Source: an uncultured Planctomycetaceae bacterium (GTDB lineage Bacteria; Planctomycetota; Planctomycetia; Isosphaerales; Isosphaeraceae). From it: a DNA stretch of 64,000 nucleotides. Below are positions 20,945 through 29,925 of this stretch, piece after piece. Both the position numbers and the translations under genes were made by a program. Numbering within the stretch: position 1 is the stretch's first letter; each line of letters begins with the position of its first letter. The notes beneath the pieces are model-generated. The model searched no databases. It was not told where the DNA came from and saw nothing but the letters and a program-made list of their open reading frames with translations. The DNA lies in the NCBI GenBank assembly GCA_963833985.1, contig CAWIAD010000002.1:3008001-3072000 (forward strand), read 5' to 3'.

Positions 20945-23199
20945 GCCATCACGGTGTTGCCACGGGAACCTCGCTGTCCGCGCTGGTTGCCCGTGCCGCG
21001 GACGAATTCCTGGACCAGCTTGGTCGGGGCGACCAGCCCGAGGTCTCCGAGTTTGCCCTGCGCTACCCGCAGATTGCCGGAGTTCTTCCTCAGATTCTTC
21101 CCTTTTTACGCATGCTTCAGGACTTCGATCCCGCTTCGAATCAGCCGTTTTCCCTCGCCCCTGAGACCGGTACGCTGGGGGATTTCCGCCTGGTTCGTGA
21201 GCTTGGCCGGGGAGGGATGGGCATCGTCTATGAGGCCGAGCAAATTTCACTGGCGCGGCGCGTGGCGCTCAAAGTGCTTCCGGTCAACCCCGGGCTCAGC
21301 AACAGGCAACTCGCGAGGTTCCAGATCGAGGCCCAGGTCGCGGCGGTTCTCAATCATCCCCACATTGTCCCGATCTTCGCTGTGGGATGCGACCAGGGGG
21401 TGCACTTTCACGCGATGCAACTGATCGAGGGATCCTCGATTGCGGGGCTGCTTCACCAGCCCGCCCAACGCCACGATGGGGCCGCCGGATTTCCTGCCCG
21501 CGAGGCGGCCCGGATGGCGATGCAGGCGGCTGATGCCCTTGAGCACGCTCATGCCCTGGGCATCCTTCACCGCGACATCAAGCCCGGCAACTTGCTGCTC
21601 GATGGGCGCGGGCATCTCTGGGTCAGCGATTTCGGCCTGGCCCACCTCCAGGGAGTCAGCGACCTGACGCTCACCGGAGACCTGCTGGGGACACTCAGGT
21701 ACATGAGCCCTGAGCAAGCGGCCGGCGGTCGAGTTCTCGATCCGCGGACAGACGTCTACTCCCTGGGCGCTACCCTTTACGAGCTGCTTGCCGCGGAGCC
21801 GGCTTTCGACGCGGCCGATCGCCAGGAGTTGCAGCGACAGATTGCCGGTGCAGAGCCCCGCCCACTCAAGGAACGCGATGCCAGCATTCCCCGTGACCTC
21901 GAGACCATTGTCTTGAAAGCCATGGCCAAGGAGCCGGCCCACCGCTACGGCTCGGCGGGGGAGCTGGCCGAAGACCTTGGCCGCTTCCTTGCGGATCAGC
22001 CGGTTCTCGCGCGTCGGCCAAGCCTCACCGAGAAAGCTTCCCAATGGTCTCGCCGCCATCACCGCCTCATGGTCGCGGGTGCTTTCTTGCTGATGCTGGT
22101 CGCCGTGTCGCTGGCCGGAGGTATGGCGGTCTTGTGGAAAGAGCGGCAGAGGTCGAATGCCGCGCTTTCCACGGCTCAGGAAGCGAGGAATCGCGAACGC
22201 GAAGCGCTTCGATTCACCTTCGCGGCATCGGACCGGATCACTTCCAGGGCGCTGGCACTGGTCGCCGCTCCAGATTCCGCGATCAGCGAACTAGACCGGG
22301 AATTCTGCCGTGCGGCGATGGCGTATTACCAGGCGATCTCCGATCGCTATCGCGACGACCCGGAGATGCGCCGGATCGCCGCGGCCGCCGATCACCGCAT
22401 CGGCTTCATCCGGATGATTCTCGATGAACCGGGTGCGGAGGACGCCTATCGCCGGTCGCTCGCGCTCTACGAGAGCGTGCGTTCCAGTTCGCTCAGAGAT
22501 CCAGAACTGGAGACCGAACTGACTCTCGTGCTCGCCGATCAATCGCTCCTGCTCCGGAAAAGGAGGCAGTATACAGAGGCGGCGGATTGCCTGCGCCGGG
22601 TGTTGCAGGTTCAACAAGGCCTGGTCGACGAGCGACCGTTGGTAACATCGTTCCTGATCAGCCTGCTCTTCCGTCAAGCCGAGCTTATGGTACTTCTGGA
22701 AGACACGAATCAGGCGAGCCAGGCCGAGAAAATTCACTCTCGGCTTCAGGAGAACTTCGCCCTGGCACGGCATCGAGGGGCCGGAAACTCCACCATCTGG
22801 AACAGACTTGCCTGGCCGCTGGTAAGTCGGCCGGGTGCCACGGCCCAGGACGCGAGCATGGCCGTCGCGATTGCCCGCGAGGCCGTGACCCTGGCACCCA
22901 AGGATGGAGCTTGCTGGAACACCCTGGGCATTGCCTGTTACCGTGCCGGAGATTTCACAGCGGCCGATGCCGCCCTGGATCGGTCCATGGACTTGCGCTC
23001 CGGGGGCGATCCTTATGACTGGTTCTTTGTCGCCATGATCCGGGACCATCAGGGACAACGAGACACGGCCTTGCAATGGTTCCAGCGTGCCCACCGCTGG
23101 CTGGACGCTCAACCACATCGGGACGCGCTCGCGGAACTGCCTGGCTTTCAGTCTGAGGCCATGCGCGTCCTGAAGATTGAGACAACCTCCTCGAAATGA
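20941..23199 (+). CDS. Ser/Thr protein kinase with a TM segment and C-terminal TPR repeats
   Basis: GRGGMG, VALK, HRDIKPGN, DFG, YMSPEQ; TM 'GAFLLMLVAVSLAGGMAVLW'; TPR 'WNTLGIACYRAG'. Confidence 0.95.
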   Translation: MSHHGVATGTSLSALVARAADEFLDQLGRGDQPEVSEFALRYPQIAGVLPQILPFLRMLQDFDPASNQPFSLAPETGTLGDFRLVRELGRGGMGIVYEAEQISLARRVALKVLPVNPGLSNRQLARFQIEAQVAAVLNHPHIVPIFAVGCDQGVHFHAMQLIEGSSIAGLLHQPAQRHDGAAGFPAREAARMAMQAADALEHAHALGILHRDIKPGNLLLDGRGHLWVSDFGLAHLQGVSDLTLTGDLLGTLRYMSPEQAAGGRVLDPRTDVYSLGATLYELLAAEPAFDAADRQELQRQIAGAEPRPLKERDASIPRDLETIVLKAMAKEPAHRYGSAGELAEDLGRFLADQPVLARRPSLTEKASQWSRRHHRLMVAGAFLLMLVAVSLAGGMAVLWKERQRSNAALSTAQEARNREREALRFTFAASDRITSRALALVAAPDSAISELDREFCRAAMAYYQAISDRYRDDPEMRRIAAAADHRIGFIRMILDEPGAEDAYRRSLALYESVRSSSLRDPELETELTLVLADQSLLLRKRRQYTEAADCLRRVLQVQQGLVDERPLVTSFLISLLFRQAELMVLLEDTNQASQAEKIHSRLQENFALARHRGAGNSTIWNRLAWPLVSRPGATAQDASMAVAIAREAVTLAPKDGACWNTLGIACYRAGDFTAADAALDRSMDLRSGGDPYDWFFVAMIRDHQGQRDTALQWFQRAHRWLDAQPHRDALAELPGFQSEAMRVLKIETTSSK

Positions 23200-23405
23200 G
23201 CCTCTCCCTGACATTCTCACGAGGACGACGCTGCTCCTGAGGCGCCCTCGACAGGATCGTTCCGCGCCGCTCGCTGCCGGTTCGTGGGATCAGACCACCG
23301 GGCCGAACGGCGAGGTTGCGCCCAGGGTTCGCGCCTGGCCAAGGCTCTCCGGCGCGGCTCCCTGAAGCTCAGCACCAAGAGCCGATCGTGAAGGAGTATT
23401 CGTTC

Positions 23406-24152
23406 ATGCCGCTGCCTGATCTTCGTCGCGCCAGTTTCGTTGCCTTTGCCTTGACCATCCTCGCCTGCCAGCAGGCCGCGCGGGCGGATAACATTTACAA
23501 CGTGACCGGTTTGAACTCCAGCGACTTCATTCCGTTCGAAAACGATGGCACCCCCAATCGTCCGCCCGGCGATCACCTGGGCAATGAGATCACCTTTGCC
23601 GGCACGGCGCGGGAACTCGACCACGTCCAGGTCGTCTTCGCCTCGATCGGTCCCATCGAGACCGACACTTATACCCTGGACCTCTACCGCAATAACGGAC
23701 CAATCGACCCAGGCAGCGGTCTGGCCATGCCCGGCACCTTGATCGCAGAGTTCAAGACCAGCGCTCTGAATCAACCGCTACCCGGTAATGGTGGCTACGG
23801 TGTGGACTGGTATTTCAACCCCATCCTGGTTCCCGACACGCTTACCGCCGTGATCAGTTCCAGCTACAGCACGACCACTCCCGGCCAGTATATGGGCCCA
23901 TACGCGGCGGTTTATCCCCCGCTGAACGGCAGTGCCATCAACACCGTATGGTACGGTGACGGCACCCCCGGCAACTGGCAAGCGAACAACACCTGGGCTC
24001 TGAGCGACGGCGGCACGACCAATTACTTCGACATGCGGTTCGACGCTGTTCCGGAACCATCGTCCATGTGCCTGGCCGTGATGGGCGCCGTCCTGGTTCT
24101 TGGCTCCAGCCTGTTTCCTCGGATTCGAGAACGTCTGGCTCGCCGTGAATGA
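23406..24152 (+). CDS. PEP-CTERM sorting-domain surface protein
   Basis: AAGGAG RBS; signal peptide ending ARA; C-terminal AVPEPSS + hydrophobic stretch + basic tail. Confidence 0.9.
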   Translation: MPLPDLRRASFVAFALTILACQQAARADNIYNVTGLNSSDFIPFENDGTPNRPPGDHLGNEITFAGTARELDHVQVVFASIGPIETDTYTLDLYRNNGPIDPGSGLAMPGTLIAEFKTSALNQPLPGNGGYGVDWYFNPILVPDTLTAVISSSYSTTTPGQYMGPYAAVYPPLNGSAINTVWYGDGTPGNWQANNTWALSDGGTTNYFDMRFDAVPEPSSMCLAVMGAVLVLGSSLFPRIRERLARRE

Positions 24153-24194
24153 CCAATGCTTGTTTTTTCCCCGGGGCCGTGTTTCGTACACACC

Positions 24195-24229
24195 GGGCAT
24201 GGGCGAACTCGCAAGGTTCACCCATGCCC
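24195..24229 (+). terminator. Strong hairpin downstream of the PEP-CTERM gene (terminator or REP-like)
   Basis: GGGCATGGGCGAAC-7nt-GTTCACCCATGCCC; no U-tract. Confidence 0.45.
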
Positions 24230-24284
24230 AGCACCGAAATCCCGCTCGATCTCTGCACCATACGTTTCGATTCAAGTATTCAGA

Positions 24285-24744
24285 GACCGGACCGCCCCTG
24301 GTTCCCCGCGAGCACGACGACCCCGACCGCCAGCAACACCAGCGCCGCCGCGAGCAGAAGGTAGACGTAAGCGTTGCGCGTGCGACGGATGCTCATGCCG
24401 GCGGCCGCCTCCCCGGGCCAGTTGGTTGCGGCGTCATGAGCACGGCCAACCCCGACCCAGGCGCCCTCCTTCGATTCTGACGCCCGATGCCACGCAGTGG
24501 CTAGGGGTCTTCAGCAGGGCTCCAGCGCAGCAAGCCCGCGTCAGGGCGGACCCCAAGGAGCCAGACCCGGCTGGAGCATCCGTGGGACGAGCTTAAAACG
24601 AGCAAGGCGCTACGTCCCACCCTCGCTTCCCAGACTCTGTCGAGAGGCCCCATGGATGAGAATCTGATGATTCGTAATGGAATGCCATTGCCCTCTTGAG
24701 CCAGGGTGTCCGGCAAAGCAAACGGCCCTGACGGCTGGCGATCG
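24285..24744. repeat. 460-bp direct repeat, copy 2 (contains the truncated 5' end of the GTPase gene)
   Basis: Near-identical to 18146-18605; ends immediately before the purine-stutter element. Confidence 0.95.
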
Positions 24745-24745
24745 T

Positions 24746-24918
24746 GGGGAAATAAAGGAAATAAAGGAAATAAAGAAATAAGAAGAAATAAAGGGACAGG
24801 CATTGTAAGGGAAAGAAAGGGGAAAGAAAGGGAAAGAAAGGGACAGGCATTGTTGCTTGCCCCGAGACGCTTGCAAGACTGCAATGCCTGTCCCTTTCTT
24901 CTGTGTCCCTTTCTTCTG
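24746..24918. mobile_element. Miniature inverted-repeat element (core 24841-24893) with stuttered purine/pyrimidine flanks, copy A
   Basis: AAGAAAGGGACAGGCATTG ... CAATGCCTGTCCCTTTCTT (19-bp IR); left flank GGAAATAAA and GGAAAGAAA iterations plus an extra half end at 24793-24806; right flank TGTCCCTTTCTTCTG x2. Confidence 0.75.
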
Positions 24919-25324
24919 CAAGCGGGGCGACGAGATCGCGCCACGCGGACGACGCTACGAGGGTCGCGTCGTCGTGTTGATCGGGGCGGTGAATAGTTCG
25001 GCCACCTTCCAGTTCGCCCAGGTCGTGAAAGAAAGCAAGCTGGCGACGCTTGTCGGTCAGACTACCGGGGGCAATCAGAGGGGGATCAACGGCAGCGCCT
25101 TCTTCTTCGTTACCCTGCCGAACTCGAAGATCGAGGTCGATCTGCCGCTGGTGGCTAATTTCATCGGCGACGAGCGGCCCACGGGCGAGAAGATACCGTT
25201 TCAGACGATTCCCGATGCCGGTATTGACCCTGACGTTTTGGTTAAGCCCAGCGTCGAGGACATTGCGGCGGGCGTGGATAGCGAGTTGAAGGCGGCCAGG
25301 GCGCTGCTGAAGGGCGGGAAGTAG
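24919..25324 (+). pseudogene. 3' fragment of an S41-family peptidase
   Basis: 'GRVVVLIGAVNSSATFQFA...LVGQTTGG...LPNSKIEVDLP...GIDPD'; begins abruptly at the repeat element. Confidence 0.8.
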
Positions 25325-25344
25325 GGGGGAAGCCAGGATGGAGC

Positions 25345-25635
25345 ACGTCAGAATCTTGCCCTGCTTCGCGTTCTGGGCGACCGCCGCCAGTACGAGCGCC
25401 TTGAACGCGTCTGCATCGACCTCCTCGCCTTCGTGTGGGTCGATCGCCCATCTCGCGTTTCCTTCCAGGCTGGAATTGAAGAGGCCCGATGGGTCAGGGA
25501 TACTCGCTCCCTTGGCGAAGGTCAGCTTGACCTAAGGGTTGCCGGTGCAGACGATCCCGTCGCGAGACCAGGTAAGAGCTCCCGCGGGATTCGACGGCTT
25601 GAACCATTTCCGCTCCTCGGTCGTCTCAGGATCAA
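25345..25635 (-). pseudogene. Degraded DUF1801 (YdhG-like) gene fragment
   Basis: 'DPETTEERKWFKPSNPAG..WSRDGIVCTG' then, after a break, 'VKLTFAKGASIPDPSGLFNSSLEGNARWAID...AFKALV'. Confidence 0.7.
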
Positions 25636-25893
25636 CCCGGTGGCCGCGGGGATCGCAGAGGTGCCCGAGGCCAGCCCGCACACGTCGATCAAGGAGCGGG
25701 TCGGCCACGTCCATTAGCAGGGGCGAGCGGAGGACCTGAAGGCCGCCGAGGCCGGCAGCGTGGCGGGGTCGCAGGCGGCGGAGGACCTGGAAGAGGGCCT
25801 GTGGCTGTACCCGATCGAGTACCGCCGGGGGCTGGAATCGGAGTCGGGTCGCAGTCGCGAAGGGATCGTCGAGGAGTTCTCACTGGGCAGCTA

Positions 25894-27066
25894 GTGTCCT
25901 GAGTTACAAATTCACCAAATAACCTTGACTTATCATGTATTCGTCATATAATCTCTCAAAGGAGATTTATGATGAATAAAGGTGGTCGCCCCAAGGCTAC
26001 TCTCACTTTGAATGATGTCGAGCGCCAGAAACTCGAAGCGTGGTCGCGCCGGCCCAAGACCAGCCAGCGTCTCGCCCTCCGTTCGCGGATCATCTTGGCT
26101 TGCGCTCAAGGTTTCGATAATCAGGAAGTCGCCGCACAGCTCCGGGTGAATGTCGTGACGGTCGGGAAATGGCGGAAACGTTTCCTCCTCGATCGTCTCG
26201 ACGGCCTGTCCGACGAGCCAAGGCCGGGGGCGCCCTGCAAAATCACGGACGCAATGGTCGAGGCCGTTGTGACCAAGACTCTGGAGGAGAAACCCAAGGC
26301 CGCCACGCATTGGAGCACTCGGGGCATGGCGGAAGCCGTCGGCTTGTCTCAGACAGCGATCTCGCGTATCTGGCGAGCGTTCGAGTTGAAGCCTCACCGC
26401 AGCGAGACGTTCAAGCTTTCCACGGACCCCTTTTTCATCGAGAAGGTCCGCGACATCGTCGGGTTGTATATGAGCCCGCCGGAGCGCGCTATCGTCTTGA
26501 GCATCGACGAGAAGAGCCAGGTGCAAGCGTTGGACCGTACCCAGCCGTTGCTTCCCATGGGGCCTGGCCAGGCGGAGAGGCGAACTCCGGATTATGTACG
26601 CAATGGGACGACTTCGCTGTTCGCCGCCTTGGACGTCGCGACAGGTCGTGTGATTGGCAAATGCTACCGTCGCCATCGACAACAAGAATTCCTCAAATTC
26701 CTCAACGAGATCGATAGCCAGATCGCCAAAGCACCAGGCGTCGAGATTCACCTCGTCATGGACAACTACGGCACACACAAAGCTCCAGCCGTGAAGCGGT
26801 GGTTCGCTCGCCATCCCGAGTATCATCTGCATTTCACTCCCACCAGCGGCTCTTGGCTGAACCAGGTTGAACGATTCTTCGCGGAGATTACCGAGAAGCG
26901 AATTCGCCGTGGAGTATTCCGGAGCGTGGCGGCGTTGGAACAGGCGATCCATGAATTCCTGGCAAAACACAACGTAAATCCCAAGCCTTTCGTATGGACG
27001 GCAGATGCTGATATGATCTTAGATCGAGTGGCGAGGGTTTGTGAGCGAACTTCTAACTCAGGACAC
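25894..27066 (+). mobile_element. IS630-family insertion sequence, 1173 bp, TA duplication at a CTAG target
   Basis: IRL GTGTCCTGAGTTACAAATTC; IRR reverse complement GTGTCCTGAGTTAGAAGTTC (18/20); flanked by TA at 25892-93 and 27067-68. Confidence 0.95.
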
Positions 27067-27069
27067 TAG
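25969..27069 (+). CDS. IS630-family DDE transposase
   Basis: HTH N-terminus, 'SIDEKSQ', 'MDNYGTHK', '[10 protein letters not shown]'. Confidence 0.95.
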   Translation: MMNKGGRPKATLTLNDVERQKLEAWSRRPKTSQRLALRSRIILACAQGFDNQEVAAQLRVNVVTVGKWRKRFLLDRLDGLSDEPRPGAPCKITDAMVEAVVTKTLEEKPKAATHWSTRGMAEAVGLSQTAISRIWRAFELKPHRSETFKLSTDPFFIEKVRDIVGLYMSPPERAIVLSIDEKSQVQALDRTQPLLPMGPGQAERRTPDYVRNGTTSLFAALDVATGRVIGKCYRRHRQQEFLKFLNEIDSQIAKAPGVEIHLVMDNYGTHKAPAVKRWFARHPEYHLHFTPTSGSWLNQVERFFAEITEKRIRRGVFRSVAALEQAIHEFLAKHNVNPKPFVWTADADMILDRVARVCERTSNSGH

Positions 27070-27148
27070 TTATTGCTGGTGGATTACACGGGCCGGCTGT
27101 ATCGCGAGGGGAAGGCGGCGATCTCGGCGGAGCTGGCCGGGATTCCTG

Positions 27149-27260
27149 GAAGAAGGACAAGGACAGAAGGACAAGGACAGGCATTGTTGCTTGCCCCGAG
27201 ATGCTTGCAAAATGGCAATGCCTGTCCCTTTCGTCCCTTGTCCCTTTCGTCCCTTTCGTC
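27149..27260. mobile_element. Miniature inverted-repeat element (core 27175-27227) with stuttered flanks, copy B
   Basis: GGACAGGCATTG...CAATGCCTGTCC, 49/53 identical to 24841-24893; left flank GAAGGACAAGGACA x2; right flank GTCCCTT(T) iterations. Confidence 0.75.
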
Positions 27261-27670
27261 TCTCCTGGCTCGAAATTCCTCGCTTGAAGGACTTTTCGCG
27301 CGCGCTTCGTGAGCCGAGGCGCGATGGCTCTATCGACGTAGCGGGCGTTGCTGATGATCCATGCGCATGTGGATGCGCAAAAAATACCCCATCGCAACTT
27401 ATGAGTTGAACATTCAAAGGCTCCGTCCTATGCTTCGGAGGCGCAATTGCCTTCAACGTCGATGTGCTTCGCATGAAGGCATTCGATAGAACGATGAATG
27501 CGTTCACGCAAGATTCCTGCTAACCACGTTTCCAAGCGAGCCTGGCCGCATTGAATATCGCGGTGGGCTGTGGTTCCCCCGCGACCCGGACAGCACCATC
27601 CGAGACGTGGCGAGCGCGGCTGCGCGCTGGCCACACGTCCAACCCGTGTGCGAACCGCGTTAAATCTCCC

Positions 27671-29053
27671 ATGCAGGACACAACCATGCGAAAGGAAAGT
27701 TCTGATCGCGCCAGTCCCACCCGGCGGAAAATCCCCGCCCTACTGGGCCTCGGACTCGCGGCGTCCATGCTACTCGTCGCGGGCCTGCTGCCGCCCCTTC
27801 TCAATTCAGGCGATGCGCGCGCCGAGGGTACGAAGAACCGGGCTAAGAGCAGCCCCAGCCGCGTACAGGCAAGGCGGCGCAAACCGATACCAAAACCAAG
27901 CCCCGCGCCGGCACCTGCGCCCTCGCCCACACCCAGGCCAGCCGTAGTCAGCACACCATGGGTCGTGTTCGGCTACAGCGACCTGGGAATGCACTGCATG
28001 AACCAAGACGACTCCGAGCTCTGCTTGCTGCCGCCCTACAGCACCTATCGCGCTCAGGTGATCATCCGCGGAGAGGAGCCGCACATCGTCACCTCGGGAG
28101 CAACCGTTTCTTACAGCATCCCGGGCAACACCTATTCCGTCGGCAAATCCAACTTCTGGAACTACGTCCAGGCGCTCTTCGGAGTGAAACTGCCACCGAA
28201 TATCGGTCTGACGGGAAACGGGCTCACGGGGAGGATGTCGCCGACAAGCAACAACGACTGGCAGGTCACGGCAGTCCCCCTGACGCCCATCATGGATAAC
28301 GGCAAGACGAATACGTTTGCCCTCGGTAAGATCACCGTGACGCAAGGCAGCAAGACAATGGCCACCACCCAGGCAGTCCTGCCGGTGTCTTGGGAGATCA
28401 GTTGCAACCTCTGCCACAATCGGCCCGGCTTCCCGACCACCGCGGCCGACATCCTGGAGGCGCATGACCGCCTTCACAACACAAATCTTCAAAACCAGAA
28501 ACCTGTGCTTTGCGCGATCTGCCACGCCGACCCGGCGCTGGGCACGACCGGCGTCGCGGGAGTTCCAACGCTGTCGGCCTCGATGCACACGGCCCACGCC
28601 AGCCGATTCACGCCTCCGGTGCTGGCTCAGGTCAATGGCATCAACTGCTATGCGTGTCATCCTGGCATCAACACCCAGTGCCAGCGCGACATCCACCTCA
28701 CCAAGGGCATCCACTGCGGCGATTGCCACGGCACCATGACGGCCGTAGGCAACCCAAACCGTATCCCGTGGACTGACGAGCCCAAGTGCGCGAACTGCCA
28801 CAACGTGCCCGGGCACCAGTATGAGGAGCCAGGCAAGCTCTACAAGCAGTCGCGCGGACATAACGGCGTGATGTGCACCAGCTGCCATGGCGCACCGCAC
28901 GCCATCACCCCGACCGTGACCGCCAACGATAACGTCCAGGCGATCACGCTCCAGGGATACGCCGGAACGATCGACAACTGCGTGGTCTGCCACAAGCGGC
29001 GCCCCGACGACAGTTTCAACCACTCGCTCGGCGAAGGAGGTGGTGGCGACTGA
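27671..29053 (+). CDS. Multiheme c-type cytochrome (7 CxxCH motifs)
   Basis: CNLCH, CAICH, CYACH, CGDCH, CANCH, CTSCH, CVVCH; N-terminal hydrophobic leader, Pro-rich linker, 'DLGMHC' segment. Confidence 0.9.
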   Translation: MQDTTMRKESSDRASPTRRKIPALLGLGLAASMLLVAGLLPPLLNSGDARAEGTKNRAKSSPSRVQARRRKPIPKPSPAPAPAPSPTPRPAVVSTPWVVFGYSDLGMHCMNQDDSELCLLPPYSTYRAQVIIRGEEPHIVTSGATVSYSIPGNTYSVGKSNFWNYVQALFGVKLPPNIGLTGNGLTGRMSPTSNNDWQVTAVPLTPIMDNGKTNTFALGKITVTQGSKTMATTQAVLPVSWEISCNLCHNRPGFPTTAADILEAHDRLHNTNLQNQKPVLCAICHADPALGTTGVAGVPTLSASMHTAHASRFTPPVLAQVNGINCYACHPGINTQCQRDIHLTKGIHCGDCHGTMTAVGNPNRIPWTDEPKCANCHNVPGHQYEEPGKLYKQSRGHNGVMCTSCHGAPHAITPTVTANDNVQAITLQGYAGTIDNCVVCHKRRPDDSFNHSLGEGGGGD

Positions 29054-29262
29054 TCTGAAATCAGCCGCGGCGTGAGCAACTCGAACAGACTCCACAACGT
29101 CGACGCGGCCGGGATCGGTTCCAGGCGTCGGTCCCGGCCGCCGTCCTCTGGGAACAGACAACACATCCCTTCGGTGTCTTCCCTCTCGACTCCTGAAGCA
29201 CATTCGTCCACATCGACTCCGGGGAGTTCTCTCCAGCCCGCCTGCGCACACGCCACGACGCC

Positions 29263-29305
29263 AAGGGACAGGACAAAAACAGGACAAAAAGGACAGGCAA
29301 CGCAT
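29263..29305 (+). repeat. Stuttered GGACAGGCA end motif upstream of the HUH transposase (putative element left end)
   Basis: AAGGGACAGGACAAAAACAGGACAAAAAGGACAGGCAACGCATT, about 60 bp before the transposase ATG. Confidence 0.65.
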
Positions 29306-29366
29306 TCATGACCTGGGCGGTGGAATCGGGTAGCTTGTGCGGATCTTGCTGGGAGGTCCGTGCATA

Positions 29367-29700
29367 ATGATTGCCCGTGCGCATCTGGTGGATCCGTCGG
29401 TTACCGGCTGGTACCACTGCATCACGCGGTGCGTGCGACGGGCGTTTCTGCTGGGTGAAGGCGGGCTCGACCGCAAGGAATGGATCGAACGGCGGTTGCG
29501 GGAACTTGCGGAGATCTTTTCTGTTGCCGTGGGCGGGTTCGCCATCCTCGACAACCGCCTGCACCTGCTGGTGCGGCTCGATCCTGATGTCGCCGCCGGG
29601 TGGTCGGATGAGGAGGCCGTTCGCCGCTGGGGCCGGCTCGTTCCGCCCCGCGACAAGGCCAGGCAGGCTCTGGCGGTCTCGGAAGCCTGGATGCAGGACC
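29367..29700 (+). pseudogene. N-terminal fragment of a Y1/HUH (RAYT-like) transposase; HUH motif degenerate (NRLH)
   Basis: 'WYHCITRCVRRAFL...RKEWIERRL...FAILDNRLHLLVR...WSDEEAVRRW'; truncated at the stutter starting at 29701. Confidence 0.85.
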
Positions 29701-29748
29701 GGAGAAAGAAAGGACAGGAGAAAGAAAGGACAGGCATCTTGCGACTTC
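29701..29748 (+). repeat. (GGAGAAAGAAAGGACA)x2 + GGCATCTTGCGACTTC end motif; second copy at 31073-31095
   Basis: AAGGACAGGCATCTTGCGACTTC (29726-29748) vs AAGGTCAGGCATCTTGCGACTTC (31073-31095), 22/23 identical. Confidence 0.8.
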
Positions 29749-29925
29749 CCATTTTACAAAAGTGGCTGGTCTGAACCGCTATGGGTTCTTCCCCGTGAGT
29801 CATGAAGAGGAAGGGGCTGAGTCGCTTTGAGTGAGTTCGAGTCGATGAGAACCTCTCAAACCTCACCCAGGAAGCGATTACCCAGGCGGTCACGATGTCG
29901 GAGTCTCGGTGATGCGTCGCGGGGA

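Larger units (their letters stand above)
25632..27148 (+). pseudogene. C-terminal fragment of a Y1/HUH (RAYT-like) transposase, interrupted by IS630
   Basis: 'NPVAAGIAEVPEASPHTSIKERV...' at 25632-25893 and 'LLVDYTGRLYREGKAAISAELAGI' at 27070-27148; clearly homologous to 32583-33088. Confidence 0.8.

Noticed and set aside
27518..27665. Possible attC site before the cytochrome (TGCTAAC at a stop codon ... GTTAAAT)
   Set aside because: About 148 bp long, R'' does not fit RYYYAAC, L'/R' spacing is wrong and arm complementarity is poor; not supportable without a covariance-model hit.
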